Positions 47,573 to 62,458 of a stretch of DNA of 64,000 bases are shown here, in pieces. Origin of the DNA: Octopus sinensis (Eukaryota); contig NC_043000.1 of assembly GCF_006345805.1 (NCBI RefSeq), positions 33,356,001-33,420,000 of the forward strand. Direction: 5' to 3'. Position 1 is the stretch's first letter, and each line of letters starts with the position of its first letter. The translations under genes were made by a program, and so were the position numbers. The notes under the pieces are model-generated. The model saw only the letters and a list, made by a program, of their open reading frames with translations, was not told the DNA's origin and ran no database searches.

Positions 47573-47900
47573 ACAGAGAGAGGTAAAAATGTATTTTTAT
47601 AATATGCGTGTATCTATGTTTAAGGATAATTACATACAAATATCTTCAGTGAATTGAAAAAAAGCATTCAAGAAATGTGTTGAGTGTAACACCTAGTTTT
47701 ACAAAGAAAACATTGAGAGTAACTTCGAAGTTTTACTTGTGATCCTGTTCGTCAGACAGTATAACGGAAAGGTAAAACTTCGAATTCATTCCCAATGCGT
47801 TCTTTGTACTTTTCTTTGAGCAGATATTCACATTTTCACACAAATACATACACACATCTATATATTTATGCACATATATATATATAGAGAGAGGGTGGGT

Positions 47901-49960
47901 CCAAAGTACATCAGAAAAGTGAGGAAGCTAATGAAGTCAGAGCTAAATGGTTCAAAGCTAGCGAAGGTTGTGAAACATTTGGGTAGTGTCGTTACTTAGA
48001 TATTTAGCAGCTTTTGTAGATTGGATAAAATCTGAATTAGCAAAGCCAGACAGAAGAACTTAGAAGGGATTCAATATGAACGGAGGACTTTACCCAAGAG
48101 CAGGAGTAGCAAGATTTTACTTACCTAGAAAGGAAGGTGGAAGAGGGTTAATATCAGTGGAAGACTGAGTGGAGCTAGCTAAAGTAGATAAAGCCTCCTA
48201 TATAGGTAACTAGCAGTATCGCCCGGCGTTGCTCGAGTTTGTAAGGGAAATAACTATAAAGCATTTTTAGAGTTATAGCCAAAAAAATAGCAAAAAATGC
48301 ATTAAAAATGGAAAAAAAATTATGGTAAAATTTTTTTTAAATCGTTGACTCATCGCAGACATTTTTAGAGAGTTACTTCCCTTATATTAAAAAATATGCA
48401 TTAAAATGGAAAAAATGATGGTAAATTATTTTAAAAATCGTAGACTCATCGTAGACGTGCGCTAATACCCAGAAGGGCTTGATATGAATCACGACTATAA
48501 GATACCCGGTTTTGGTTAAACTGCACCGCAAAATGTGGGAGTAGTTAGGAATCTAAATCGTAGGAGACAGACACTCACACAACTTCACTTTTATATATAA
48601 ACTAGCAGTATCGCCCGGCGTTGCTCGGGTTTGTAAGGGAAATAACTATATAAGCATTTTTAGAGAGTTACTTCCCTTATAAATTCGGGCTTTCTTAGCC
48701 ATTTTTGTTTTGGTGTCTTCAAGCCATGAAGTCGTTGTTCTAAAAGAACGCTGGTTTCCTTCACAACGCATTACGACGTTGATTTCTTTACACTCCCTTC
48801 CCCACAGCTTCACGAGGGAGGGAAGGGGGAGAAGCAAACGGGTGCAGCTGTGAGCGTGGACGCCAACTCCGCCGCCATCGACATACGATGCATTTTATGC
48901 ATTAAAATGGAATAAAAAATTATGTTAAATTATTTTTAAAATCGTAGACTCATCGTTGATGCGCGCTAATAGTCAGACGGGCTCGATATGAATCACGACT
49001 ATAAGATACCCGAATTTGGTTAAACTGCACCGCAAAATGTGGGAGGAGTTAGGAATCTAAATCGAAGGGGACAGACACTCACACAACTAGAGTTTTATAT
49101 ATATAGATATAGTGAAAAACTGCTAGTGTAACAGTAGGAGATTGGGAAACGAAAAGGCAAATGAGAAAGCTTTGCATGGTAGATTCTCAAAGATAGATGC
49201 AGGAAATAGAAATAGTGAGATATGGTTAGGGTTGCAGAAAGAGGGAGACAGAAAGTTTGTTAGTAGCAGTAAAAGATCAAGCATGAAGGACTAATTGGAT
49301 AAAAAACCAAGACAGAGAAAAAGAAAGTAGATTCCCAATGTAAGTTATGTAAATCAAAAGAGGAAAGTGTTACTCGTATAGTAAGTGAATGTAGCATGCT
49401 GGCACAGAAAGAATACTAGAAAAAACATGAGAATCTAGGGAGAGAAATCCACTGGGAGTTATGTAGAAAGCTAGGATTTGAACATACTGATAAATGGTAT
49501 GAACATGTCCCTAGTAAATTAATAGAAAGTAAGAAATATAAGATGTTGTGGGACTTTAACATTCAGATAGACAGAGCAATAAAAGCTAGAAGGCCTGGTT
49601 TGGTAGTAGTAGATAAAGAGAATAGAAAGTGCCAGATAATGCACTTTACAGTCCCAAATGATGAAAAAATCAATATGAGAGGTAGAGAAAAAATATGGAA
49701 GTACCAGGACGTAGCCATTGAATTACAAAGACTATGGAAAGTGCGGGTAAAATGTATCCCGGTAGTTAAAGGTGCATTGGGAACTATCCGTAAAGATCTG
49801 AACAAATGGATAGAGGAAAAAAGGAATAAAACCCAGTTTAGTACAGCTCCAGAAAACAGTGTTATTGCGGACAGCTAGGATACTAAGGAGGGTTCTTGGT
49901 ATCTAAGATTTCTTGTTAGGATTTTTTCTTTTCCAACAATCTAATCTGTTGTGCGTATAA
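47901..49960 (+). mobile_element. R4/Dong-like RLE LINE, 5'-truncated, pseudogenised, split by Helitrons, ending in (TAA)n
   Basis: RKVRKLMKSELNG, YLPRKEGGRGLISVED, CKLC...ES.T.I.SEC knuckle, ORF 49543-49878 (LWDFNIQ.D....RRP.LVVVDK...KY.D...E..RLW...PVV.GALG), then TARILRRVL*. Confidence 0.88.
48210..49107 (-). mobile_element. Two head-to-tail non-autonomous Helitrons (48602-49107 and 48210-48601)
   Basis: On the minus strand: 5' TCTATATATATAAAA, 3' hairpin CCCGAGCAACGCCGGG then CTAG, inserted between host A and T with no TSD. Confidence 0.88.
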
Positions 49961-50190
<230 letters not shown>

Positions 50191-50220
50191 AACAATATAT
50201 GTGTATATGTATGTGTACAT

Positions 50221-50259
<39 letters not shown>

Positions 50260-50742
50260 TACACAAACACACACACGCGCACACATATACATATAATATA
50301 TTCATATGGATATCAATCTGTCTATACATGTAGATACATACCCGTGTGCGTGAGTGCGTGCGACTAGCATAGCTACATTGTGTTGGAGACATATTCGCAG
50401 AGAACCAGTTTGAGTGCACCGCACTGTCTGAAACGTAAAATATATAAACTCGAATATACACCGACATCACATAACAGAAGAAGGAGAATGCTCCAGTAGA
50501 AAGACACACAAACACACACACACACGCAATATGCGTTTACACACGTACAACACAGAGACGACGCTCATATACGCATGCGCACACAGCCATGCGCAGCAAT
50601 ATATATCTGGAGGCAGTCACGTCTCACAGTTGAAGCGAACTGGATTTCTAAACTTTGTTTATGGAATAACTGTAACAAAGTCTTCAGCAACACAGGAACC
50701 GAAATAGTAAGGTTATTATGAGAAAGAAAGAGAGAAAGAATG

Positions 50743-50813
<71 letters not shown>

Positions 50814-51208
50814 GAGAGGTGGTGGGGGCGATGGTGGTTTTGTAGTGAGGATGAAGGCGGTGTTGGTGTTGGAAGGAGAAGTGAGGATGGTGTTGGCAGT
50901 GGTGGTGATGATGAAGACGAATGAAGTAGAAAACGATGACATCATTTTGAATGTGGATGAGATGAGAAAGGAACGGAGGAGGAGAGAGAGAGAAAGAGAG
51001 GTGGAGAGAAAAAGAAGGAGAGAGAGAATGAGACAGACAGACAGACAGGCAGACAAAGAGAGAGAAATAAAAGTATAAAATTTGGTTAAGACATCTCTTG
51101 ACAACCGTGACATGCTGGAGGAAAAAGAAAACATAGCTTAGTCGTCGTTCTTGTAGTTTATTATTCTACTGTTCTTGTAGTTTATTATTATTATTATTAT
51201 TATTATTA

Positions 51209-51244
<36 letters not shown>

Positions 51245-51361
51245 ATGCATGCACGAATGTGTTACATTTCGCAACCAGTTTCCTTGGATACCGAAGACCT
51301 TTCGAACCATCTCCTTGCTGTTCCAAATAGAACAGACTTCCGTATTAATACACATCTTGTA

Positions 51362-52615
51362 ATGGGTTGGCAACTAAGTTCCCGCCGCTTTTTTAAATTT
51401 TGGGAATTTATTGCGTTTTTAAATTTTGGAATCTACTTTTTTTCAGAATTCTATTTTTGAATCATTTTGGAATCTATTTTGTTTTGTTTTCTAGTTAATT
51501 TTTGTTAATTTTTGTTAATTTTTGGTTATTTTCAGATCATTAAAATGGAATATCAAGTTAAGAAAAACGAGCATTTTCGACACCTCCTTCCTTTTGCTTT
51601 TAATCAAGGTTCTAAGGCCGCAAAAGCTGCTCGCGACATTTGAGCTGCATATAGAGAGGGTGCCATAGCTGAAAGAACCGCTCGTGATTGGTATGCCAAG
51701 TTCAAAAATGGAAATTTTGACCTCAAAGACGCACCTAGTTTTGGTCGTCTAGTTGAGTTCGATTAAACTAATTTTTGCACGAAAATTCTCGTCAAACGAC
51801 ATGGGAACTGGCAGAGAAAATGGAATACTCCCACACTGCTATAGAGAAGCATCTTCACTCAATGGGAAAGGTTCAGAAGTATGGTGCATAGGTTCCGCAT
51901 GCTTTAAGTGACAACAACAAAAATCAACGAGCCACAATCTCTGCAGATTTGCTTGCTCGTCACCGCTCAACTCATGGACACAAGCAAAGATTTCTTTACC
52001 GAATCGTTACTGGCAACGAAAAATGGTACCTGTACACCAATACGAAGCAGTGTAAGGAATGGCTTAGCGGTAAACAAGCGACACCGCGCGTGAAACAAGA
52101 TCTTCATCCGCGTAAAACGATGTTTGCGTATGGTGGGACTGGGAAGGGATTATCCATTACGAATTGCTTGAACGGAACCAAACGGTCAACGCGGAACTCT
52201 ATGTTCAACAAGTGGAACGACTCAACACGGCTATTCAAGAGAAAAGACCTAATCTGCAGCATAGAGTTCTGCTGAACGATAACTCCCGCCCTCATATCGC
52301 CAATATGACCAAGGAAGCCATTCAAACGCATGTCTGGGAAGTGCTGCCACATCCGCTGTACTCACCTGATTTGGCACCAACAGGTTTCCACCTCTTTCGA
52401 TCTCTTTCAAATGCTATGAGAGCTTGGTTGGATCAATTTTTGGAGTCGAAATCGGGTGATTTCTATCAACGTGGTATTGAAAATCTTGTTGAACGTTGGG
52501 AAGTTGTAAACGTCAAGGGTGAATACATTATTGATTAATTAGTTGTTATTTTTTTTATTAAACCTTTTAAAAAATTTTAATTTAAAAATCGGCGGGAACT
52601 TAGTTGCCAACCCAA
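51362..52615 (+). mobile_element. Full-length mariner element with pseudogenised transposase (51545-52538)
   Basis: TIR (A/T)TGGGTTGGCAACTAAGTTCCCGCCG, TA TSD, 1254 bp; motifs *VPHAL, IVTGNEKW, NDNSRPH and YSPDLAP; stops and frameshifts present. Confidence 0.95.
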
Positions 52616-53145
52616 TAGTCAGAGATTTCATTAAAGAAATCTTTCAAGTCTATTGATAACGGCACGTTAGGTGCCTCTTAACTACTGGAATTACTTTAGC
52701 AGAAACCTGCCACTGTTTTTCGCATTTGCGTTTCTAAGTTTTGGTATTTCCCTATTAGTTGTCCGGTCCTTTAACCTCAACATCCATATCAGCGGACACA
52801 GCCTCATCTATGATGAAACACTCTTTTGATACTTGGTCCAGATAAACAATATCTGGTCATCTTGCTTGAATCTCATGGTCACTCTGCAAAGTAAAGTCCT
52901 ATAAGACCCTTAACAGATCTTCTCTGTCACTCCCTCAGGTTGGTGTTGGTATCGTCTTCTGTTTACTTCAAACCCCTTTGTCGCAATACGTCCCAGTTTA
53001 ATACTGTGGCTACACGATCATATCTGCGCTTATATCCCTTCTATGCCAATGCACTCAAGAACTCATTATCTGTACTCAACAGATTCTTGTTTCTCATTAC
53101 ATACTCAGCACTTAATATTTTCCACAGTTCTGCCTACTCTTACCT

Positions 53146-53374
53146 ATTTCTTTATTACCCACAAGGGGCTAAACATAGAGGGGACAAACAAGGAAGACAT
53201 AGGTATTAAGTCGATTATATCGACCCCAGTGCGTAATTGGTACTTAATTTATCGACCCCGAAAGGATGAAAGGCAAAGTTGACCTCGGCGGAATTTGAAC
53301 TCACAACGTAACGGCAGACGAAATACCGCTAAGCATTTCGCCCGGCGTGCTAACGTTTCTGCCAGCTCGCCGCC
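53146..53374 (-). mobile_element. SINE family B, full length
   Basis: Flanked by the direct repeat GCCTACTCTTACCT at 53132-53145 and 53372-53385. Confidence 0.9.
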
Positions 53375-53394
53375 TACTCTTACCTTAATGAAAT

Positions 53395-53590
53395 TCATTC
53401 ATAATACCTGGTTTTGAGCAGCTATAATGAGGCCTTCGTGCCTTTCTTGAATTCTCCATTCTTCAACTATAGCCAACATTTTTCTGCTGCAATATCCTGA
53501 GTTTGTCTGAGACACTGACCATGCAGTTCTTTCTCCCAGATATTTCTTTCTCATTCTTCTTTCATTTTCCAGGCCTTGTGCCATTAATAG
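53395..53590 (-). mobile_element. R4-like LINE internal fragment next to an (AAT/GAT)n array
   Basis: ORF 53399-53584 includes ...HEGLIIAAQNQVL, matching the EG.I.AAQDQAL motif of RLE LINEs. Confidence 0.6.
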
Positions 53591-53597
53591 AAAGAGA

Positions 53598-53800
<203 letters not shown>

Positions 53801-54503
53801 TCTCCTCCTGTCTGTTTGTCTGTCTGTCTGTCCAATTGCCGTCCTTCAACTCTCTCTCTTCATTTGACCTGTTCCCTATAAAATCTTCATTTGATTCAAA
53901 ACAGCCTTCTCTTCGTGTTGTTCTTCTAACCACAGCATAAAACTGTGTCAGGCCCAGCCATGATCTATCAAAGTTTATAAGACCTGGGAATGGAGAGGCA
54001 CTGCCCTACACAGGGGAAACTACTGTTACTGGTTTCTATACCCTAATCCGGCCCTCTAATTACAAACGTTTGTTTATATTTTCACCAATATGATCTTGCT
54101 TGCAGAGATCTGGAACACAGATCTGTCCGTTAATTGAGCTCCATGCCACGTACTTAGCTACTACATTATCGATCTTGGGAGAATGAAACGAAAAACTGAT
54201 TTCGGCAGGTTTTGAACACACGCAACGTAAAGACCCCAAATAAATACTGAGCGGCATTTTCCCGATGCTCAAATAATTCTGCGACATCATATTAATCTTC
54301 AAGAGGAAAGAAACAGCCTTTGTTGTGAGAGCAAAGGAAGTTTTCAGTGAAGTTTATGGGCGGCAGAGCAGGATGTCAGATGCTGAATGAAAAGAAAGAA
54401 GATCAAGGAATTTGATGTGATATTATATGAATATATATATATATATATATATAGATATATTATATATATACATATACACACACATACGTGCATACCAATA
54501 CAA

Positions 54504-54583
<80 letters not shown>

Positions 54584-54828
54584 TATATATGTATATATGT
54601 ATGGTGTGTGTTTATATATTACATATACATAAATATTTATATAGATATTTATAGATATGTCTATATATATATACAATATACATAACATACATACATATAC
54701 ATTTATATCTATCAATTTATCTTTATATATATATATAATAATATATATATACACGTATACTTGTATGTATGTATGTATGTATGTATGTATCTATCTATCT
54801 ATTTATCTAACTCTTTATCTGTCTCTCT

Positions 54829-54859
<31 letters not shown>

Positions 54860-54879
54860 AACACATGCGTGTGACAAAT

Positions 54880-54924
<45 letters not shown>

Positions 54925-55306
54925 CACATATATGTATAGCCTCTAGAATGACGGTGAAAGTTTGTCTCCTTACTCGAGTTTCATACCCCTGGAATCATCA
55001 TGTGTGCAGTGGTGTGAAAGTTGAGTCGCGAAACAAACTCTCTGCTTAGCTTTTAATATATCATATCCTCTACAACATGCATTGACTCCTCCTTTCTCAT
55101 TCGTTCGACATTAAGCAACGCAGGTGTACATATATATACATACATACATACATACATACATACATACATACATACATACATACATACACATACACACACA
55201 AACACACACACACACAGTTCAAATTTATAGAAAAACAAAAGACGAAGGCAGGTGTAGGAACAACAGGCGAGTGTATTAGTTTGACGTTCGAGGAAAATGG
55301 AAAAGT

Positions 55307-55341
55307 CTTTTACATTTCGAGCCTAAGCTCTTGGACAGAAA
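55307..55341 (-). ncRNA. Hammerhead-like motif, third and most decayed copy of the 27724 family
   Basis: UUU-CUGUCCA-A-GAGC-UUAG-GCUC-GAA-AUGU-A-AAAG; the downstream ~70 bp is homologous to 27760-27830. Confidence 0.3.
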
Positions 55342-56034
55342 TAAATAAGAGGAAAAAAATAAACATTGTAAAAAAAAACAAAAACAAAAACAAACGTGTT
55401 GAGTTCGGTGGTCCAACATGGCGATTATATATACATCTTATAAATTTGTTTTTGAGAAATGTTTTGAACATGCCATTAAAGGTCCTATTCCATTATGCTG
55501 GCGACAGTTAAATGATGCTGACAGATGAACCAGGTTTTCGGGACAGAATCGAGCTGTACCGATATAATGTAGGATAAATATAATAACAACAATAATCCTA
55601 CAATGGAATTTATAAACATTCAATGCATCGCTACGCGCGTTTCCACAAATCATGTGACTCTTAAGATGACAGTCCATATTTCTTGGATGATTACAGTGTA
55701 GTCCGTAGTATCCGTGGGTATCCGGTTGACCATCATTGACTTGTGTTTTCAGGCGATATCACATTAATGGATGTGCAACAGACGGGATGTTTATTCCTTT
55801 TTACCAGTATGAAGGTCGAGTGTGTTAAGTGAGAATTTCTGTATGTATTGGGTGGGGGAGGAGGAGAAGGTTATGGAAATAGAGGAAGGAATGGTTGTTA
55901 TATGGGGATGGAGGTGTGTGGGGGTGGGGGTGGATATATTTTGCTATTTATTTTGCAATTGAATGCGATACATTAAATGTTTATAAATGCCATCCAAAGA
56001 TTATTGTTATTGTATACATACATACATACGTACA

Positions 56035-56064
<30 letters not shown>

Positions 56065-56069
<5 letters not shown>

Positions 56070-56239
56070 CCTTTTATTTGTTTCAGTCATTCTTTGTAAA
56101 CCTAGTACTTTTTCTATCGGTCTCTCTTGCTGAACCGCTAAGTGACGGGGACGTAAACACCCCAGCATCGGTTGTCAAGCAATGTTGCGGGGTACAAACA
56201 CAGACATACAAACATATACATATACATACATACATATAT

Positions 56240-56289
<50 letters not shown>

Positions 56290-56466
56290 CATACATACAT
56301 ATACGACGGGCTTTTTTCAGTTTCCGTCTACCAAATCCACTCAGAAGGCTTTGGTCGGCCTGAGGCTATAGTAGAAGACACTTGCCCAAGGTGCCACGCA
56401 GTAGGACTGAACCCAGAACCATGTGGTTGGTAAGCAAGCTACTTACCACACAGCCACTCCTGCGCA
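56065..56466 (-). mobile_element. SINE family C (3' tail truncated), internal (TA)n
   Basis: Reverse head GCGCAGGAGTGGCTGTGTGGTAAG. Confidence 0.88.
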
Positions 56467-56725
56467 TATACATACCTACATACATACGTATATATACACA
56501 CACACTTATATATATATATGTGTGTATGCATGTATATATATATATATATATATACATATATATAAAAGATGGATTACCACTATAGGATTACCACTAGGGT
56601 GTCCGCATAGTGGTAATCCCTCTTATATGTATGTAATACTATTTACTGAACCTCAGTTTTTTTATATGCTAGACCACTGGTGTTAAATTGATGTTATCAA
56701 ATTAGTATCCAATTTTTCACCCTCA

Positions 56726-56786
<61 letters not shown>

Positions 56787-56787
56787 C

Positions 56788-56845
<58 letters not shown>

Positions 56846-56846
56846 G

Positions 56847-56877
<31 letters not shown>

Positions 56878-57871
56878 CACACACACACACACATATATAT
56901 ATACACATATATATATACACACACAGATACACACACATCTAAATGTATATTGAGGCACAAACTTACACATGTGTGTGTGAATAAAGACATTGTTTTTGAC
57001 GTGTAAAATTACGGCAGTATTAACAGAGTGAAATTACGGCAACTGGATTCGTTCCATGTCAACGTATTTACCAGAATTGCAAGTGGAAACTACAAAACAC
57101 GTTATGAACCAAAGAAGCTTATAAAGTCCTCGAAAATGTGATATGGATTGTCAACTGTGTTATATTTGTGTATAAGTCATGACATAATAAAAAAAAATTC
57201 TTAAGTATTGTCGATGTATTATATCATCACGACGAATGATAGCATGAAAACAATATATAAAAATATCAGCCGAAAGAAAGAACGTGTCGAAAGAAAAATG
57301 GCATTGATAATGGATACAGTGACACCTTTGGTACTGAAGAATATTGATGGAACATTCCAAATGATTCGTCAATCAGGTTTTAACACAATAAAGCTGAGAA
57401 GGTAAAAAAATTCCTGTTTTTGTAATAGAAGTTATCTGGCGGCCGTGAATAACTCATCTGATACCAGTGAATAGGAGATCGTTAATTATAGTTCGATATT
57501 TGTTCCAATAATAAACGATTGCCATTGTTAAGTAACCAAATTGTTATTCTGCATATTTGAAAAAATGCTCAAGCATTTCAAATGGGAGGAATATTTTGCG
57601 AAATTTTGTGAAATGAAAACAAAAACAAAAACAAGACACAAAACCAAAGCAGAATTGAAGTTTAGCAACATGAAGAAAAAAAAAGCGAGTTTATAAGACC
57701 TGGGAATGAAGAAACTTTAAGATGTCCAAATTTCAACAAAGGAACTTTGCTCCTTATCAAAAATCCCGCTCTTTTACTACTGGATAAAGTAAAAATAAAG
57801 CAAGTAGTAAAATTATTTCCCTCTCTCTCTCTCACGTACGCACACGAACGCACTCATTCTCTCTCTCTCTC

Positions 57872-57918
<47 letters not shown>

Positions 57919-58045
57919 CACACACACTCTCTCTCTCTCTGTGTTTCTCTCAGTCTCTCTCACACAAACACTATGTCTGTCCCTCTATCTATCTGTTTTT
58001 TTTTCTGCGTGCTTGCCTGCCTGTCTGCCTGCCTGCCTGCCTGCC

Positions 58046-58078
<33 letters not shown>

Positions 58079-58929
58079 TGTCTGTCTGTCTCACTCACTC
58101 TCTCTCTCTCTCTCTCTGTTTGTCTCTCTTTCTTTAATACTTAAAGCCTTTTTTTTCTTTTACTCCAATTTGATTCCTCAAACCAATTCCAATTACAGAA
58201 AGATCTATGGCAACAGCTCCAGGCAAAGCTAGATTCGTACCCCTGTATCTATCAAGTTCTTTAAATTGTCTTTGTTTAGCAAGGCTTCTGTGCCCTCTTA
58301 ATGGCACTCCAATTTAGATAAATACCCTTTCAGAATTTCGTTGTCAGTGTTGGTACTACCCACCATTCCAAACTAAATCCATTCCGAACCAAAGCGTGAA
58401 CACTTTCTCGTTTCTTTTCTAAATACATAACCCTTAAAGTTAGAAACCGTAAATTTCTAGAGTGAACTGGGGCCCATTCAGTCGACGAAGTCATGGCTGT
58501 GTGGGTAAAGAGTGTTCTTCACAACTGAAAGGTTTCGGGTTCAATCCATGTGCATGGAACCTTGCGTAAGTGTTTTCCACCGTAGCTTCGGGTTCACCAA
58601 AGCTATGCGAGTAAACTTGCGGAGACGGAAGCTGTGCAGAAGTTCATATTCTTGGCTGATGGACCTAAGCCCTTGCTTAACACCACCATCCGGTCCTTGG
58701 GTGGGAGACCGGACAGAACATCGCGTTTATGGAACACCCTATAGACATTGGTACCTTTAGTGGAATCTAGTTAGGCCAAATCACTTGTGTGAGCATATTT
58801 CTCTCCCTCTCTCCTTCCCTTGTTCTGGGACCCTGAAAAGGGTCATGAGCGCTACCGATTCTCCTTTGACGTAACCATTAAAAAACAAACAAAACCTCTC
58901 CATCCTGATGTGTAAATATTGGTTTCACA

Positions 58930-59140
58930 TTTAGGCACAAGGCCAGCAATTTCAGGGGAGGGGGCAAGTCGATTACATCGACCCTAGTACTCAACTGGTA
59001 CTTATTTTATCCACACCGAAAGGAGGAAAGGCAAATTCGACCTCGGCGGAACTGGAACACAGAATGCAAAGACGGACGAAATACCACTAAGCATTTTGTC
59101 CGGCGTGCTGACGATTCCGTGAGTTCGTCGCTTTCTGATG
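58930..59140 (-). mobile_element. SINE family B, diverged
   Basis: GAAAGGAGGAAAGGCAAATTCGACCTCGGCGGAAC...CTAAGCATTTTGTCCGGCGTGCTGACG. Confidence 0.7.
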
Positions 59141-60153
59141 TGAAATTTTGGCAGGACCAGAGGTAGATTCCCGGTGAATCGACTGAGCCGGGCGGTTTCG
59201 ATCACAGACTGAAGTGAACTGCCTCAACTCACAGAATCTCGTTTCATTACATTTCATTATAAATGTGTGACTTTGTACTTTGTGTAAAGAAAAACCGAAA
59301 ATCAATATTAAAAATGTAATGGTGATGGGTGGGGTGTTAGGGTGTCGGTGGGGGTGTTGGAGATAACAGTGAGGAGAGGAGTGGTGGCAGGCCATTGTTA
59401 AAGGCCTACTACTACATCTACTACTTCACACACCAACTTTATAATAACCCACCATTTATAACTTAAACATACCATTTAATTACAATTTTATACTATTTTC
59501 CTTTACTTCAACACCTTGATCTCTCTCTCTCCCTCTCTCTCTCTCTCATCCTCTCTCTGCTCCGCCTCCTCCTCCTCCTTCCTCCTTTTTCTCACCTAAT
59601 CCCACCACCTGCCTCTTGTTACTTTTATTGTGAGGATCGGCTCCATGCCCCTCACCTCACTAAACCGACTGCAACAAAAGAATCCCCAGTCTTTATTACT
59701 TACAACAATCACGGGGGTAATTGTGCAGTTGTGCACATCTGCTTTCAAAATGCAAATTTTAAGATATGGCAGAGTTAAAAGCTGCCATATATAGTAACTT
59801 CAAAAGACTGCTTCCACCTTGTAATTTACTATTAACACTTGTGGTAGCTGACATTATATTAGAAGGGGTGGCGGGGAGAGGTGGGTAAAACAGAGGGGAT
59901 GAGAGATAGGGAGCGAGAGAGAGAGAGAGGGAGAGAGGAAGAAAGTGAGAGGGTGTGTGTGTGTGTGTGAAATGAAATTGCGAGAGGTGTGTGTGTGGGG
60001 GTGGGGGAGTTGAGAGAAGTGCAGAGATGTGTAATTTCCTGCTCTCTTGTCATTTGACTTGAATAGACACGATTCACTTACGGGGAATGGCGGAAAATGA
60101 CGAGAATAGAATTGCTATTTTGCGCCATTGAAACTATTCCTAATAGATAATAA

Positions 60154-60185
<32 letters not shown>

Positions 60186-61163
60186 ACAGCAACAACACAC
60201 ACACATATACACACACACATTCACCCACATGCATGCATAAAAGGTTCAATTCAAACAGAGTACAAAAACTATAAGTAGCTAAATGTATCCTAATAAATTC
60301 AAAAAAATAATTAGCAGCGTTCCTCCTTACACACATCCACCCCACCCTACATATATATGCCAAAACACTCATAGGTGTAGGCATTTATACGCACACGTAC
60401 ATACATACTCATATACATTCACTTACGCAGAAAAAAAAAGACTTGTTGAAGAGAATGGTCGCAACGAGGGAGATTCAAAGCTATAGAAAGCTAGGAAGCG
60501 TGCTAACGGTTCTGCCAGCTCACCGTTTAGTGATGTCGAGGCCCCTACGATTTGGGAAGTCCCTTAACAGTAGATTTTGTTGCATATACCTAAACTTGGC
60601 ACTGTTTCTAAGGGAAATTTCTTTCTTCCGATCTGTTGTTAAATGGTGTCTTAATAATTGTGTAGTGTGCATACAAATTGTGCAGTTGCAACGGGACATG
60701 CAGAATACTGGAAGTAGCTTTTCTTCGATCTGAGAATAACTCGTTATCTGGGTACATTACTTCCTACTAAAAAATTGCAGTAGATTCGAAACAGAATCGC
60801 TAAATAGCCGAGTTAAAGTCACGGCTTAGTAACAACCATTTCGTGTGATCGACCGATTACCTGAGCAGTCAACATTAAGCCATCATATGATGCCATCTTT
60901 TAGAATCGTATTGAACATCTCCGAACGAGGCTCATAAATAGGGGAGTTTTGGGTACCAAATTTCAGAGTGTTGGGAGTCACTGCCATGAAAACCAAATTC
61001 TCATTTTCCAACATTTAACAGTTGTTTTAATAATGTATTATCCTAACCTAGCAGACAACAGCTACAGTTTTGCAGTCAAGAATTTAGTGTGATATTTCTC
61101 CAGTCTTGACAGCGTATTCACAGAACCTTACTAAACAGCTATTTTGTCGTATCTACAGAATTG

Positions 61164-61399
61164 ACAAGGCGGCGAGCTGGCAGAAACGTTAGCACGCCGG
61201 GCAAAATACTTAGCGGTATTTCGTCTGCCGTTACGTTCTGAGTTCAAATTCCGCCGAGGTCGACTTTGCCTTTCATCCTTTCGGGGTCGATTAAATAAGT
61301 ACCAGTTACGCACTGGGGTCGATGTAATCAAGTTGATCCCTTTATCTGTCCTTGTTTGTCTCCTCTATGTTTAGCCCCTTGTGAGCAGTAAAGAAATAA
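61164..61399 (+). mobile_element. SINE family B, full length
   Basis: 14-bp TSD TATCTACAGAATTG at 61150-61163 and 61400-61413. Confidence 0.92.
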
Positions 61400-62148
61400 T
61401 ATCTACAGAATTGTCTTTTCCAGTGAGTTTGGTCTGTTGTTTGTATTATTAATTCAAGACCAACAAGGAAAATATTTTGTGCAGGGAATAAAGTTCCTGT
61501 TAATTGTTCACATGTGTTGTGTGTCATTAATACGCAACAAGAACACAACTCAACCATCCGCATCTCCATATCATTTATTCGATAACATGCGCGAACCTTT
61601 TGTGAAAGACTTATTTGTCATTTATTATATGTTATATGGCAATTTAGGGTAGAGAATAGCATATCCGCATTTCAACAGTATATATAGACATTCACGCACA
61701 TATTCATGTATATACACACACATGTACATGAACACTCATTCTACTCATCAATGTAAATATAGATGTGTATGTAAAAACCACATACAGACGTACTTCGGCA
61801 TTCAGTTTCACGGTCCAGTGTAAGATCGAGGTCCTAACATAGAGGTGGTTCCAGGTACGATGTAAAATGAGTAAAGACAGAAATTGGTTGAGGTTCACTA
61901 CAGCTGTTTCAGACGCGTTTTTATTGAGGAATAAATAAATTATAACACACAAAAAAAGAAAAAAACGATTTCTTCAGGAGAATGAAAGTTTAAAATTTAA
62001 AACGTAAAACATTCGATATAAATTCTTATTAACCTAAAGGAAACTGATTTCTCATGATGTAATTGATTTGTTCATAAAAAAATACGTGTTTCAAACGTCT
62101 GTAGGGTACCCTAACCCATTTGTGTTTTTACTTATATATATATATTTA

Positions 62149-62458
62149 GGAGAGGAAAAATTATAATAAGGCAGAATGCTAAATTGAAGGTAAATTTTAA
62201 TAAAAATGGGTGTATGGAAAATTAAAAAACAAAAAAATAATAAATCAAACCGGCTTTCATACCAGGCAAATTTTCAAGATTTGGAAGGGGAAAAGAAATT
62301 AAAAAAAAAATTCTTTTCCCTTTCCAAATCTTGAAAATTTGCCTTGCAATGAAAACCGGTTTGATTTATTATTTTTTCTTTTTTAATTTTCTATACACCC
62401 ATTTTTATTAAAATTTACTTTCAATTTAGCATTCTGCCTTATTATAATTTTTCCTCCC
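62149..62458. mobile_element. Foldback MITE (~150-bp arms, very short loop, TA TSD)
   Basis: GGAGAGGAAAAATTATAATAAGGCAGAATGC... versus ...GCATTCTGCCTTATTATAATTTTTCCTCCC; TA on both sides. Confidence 0.85.

Noticed and set aside
50629-50712. Possible exon between CACAG and GTAAGG (LKRTGFLNFVYGITVTK...)
   Set aside because: Weak acceptor, no recognisable homology and no partner exons.
55580-56016. Imperfect ~50-bp inverted repeat about 335 bp apart
   Set aside because: Too diverged and no TSD; probably an old MITE or two fragments of one repeat.
57208-57405. 65-aa ORF in unique AT-rich DNA
   Set aside because: Length within chance expectation and no recognisable motif.
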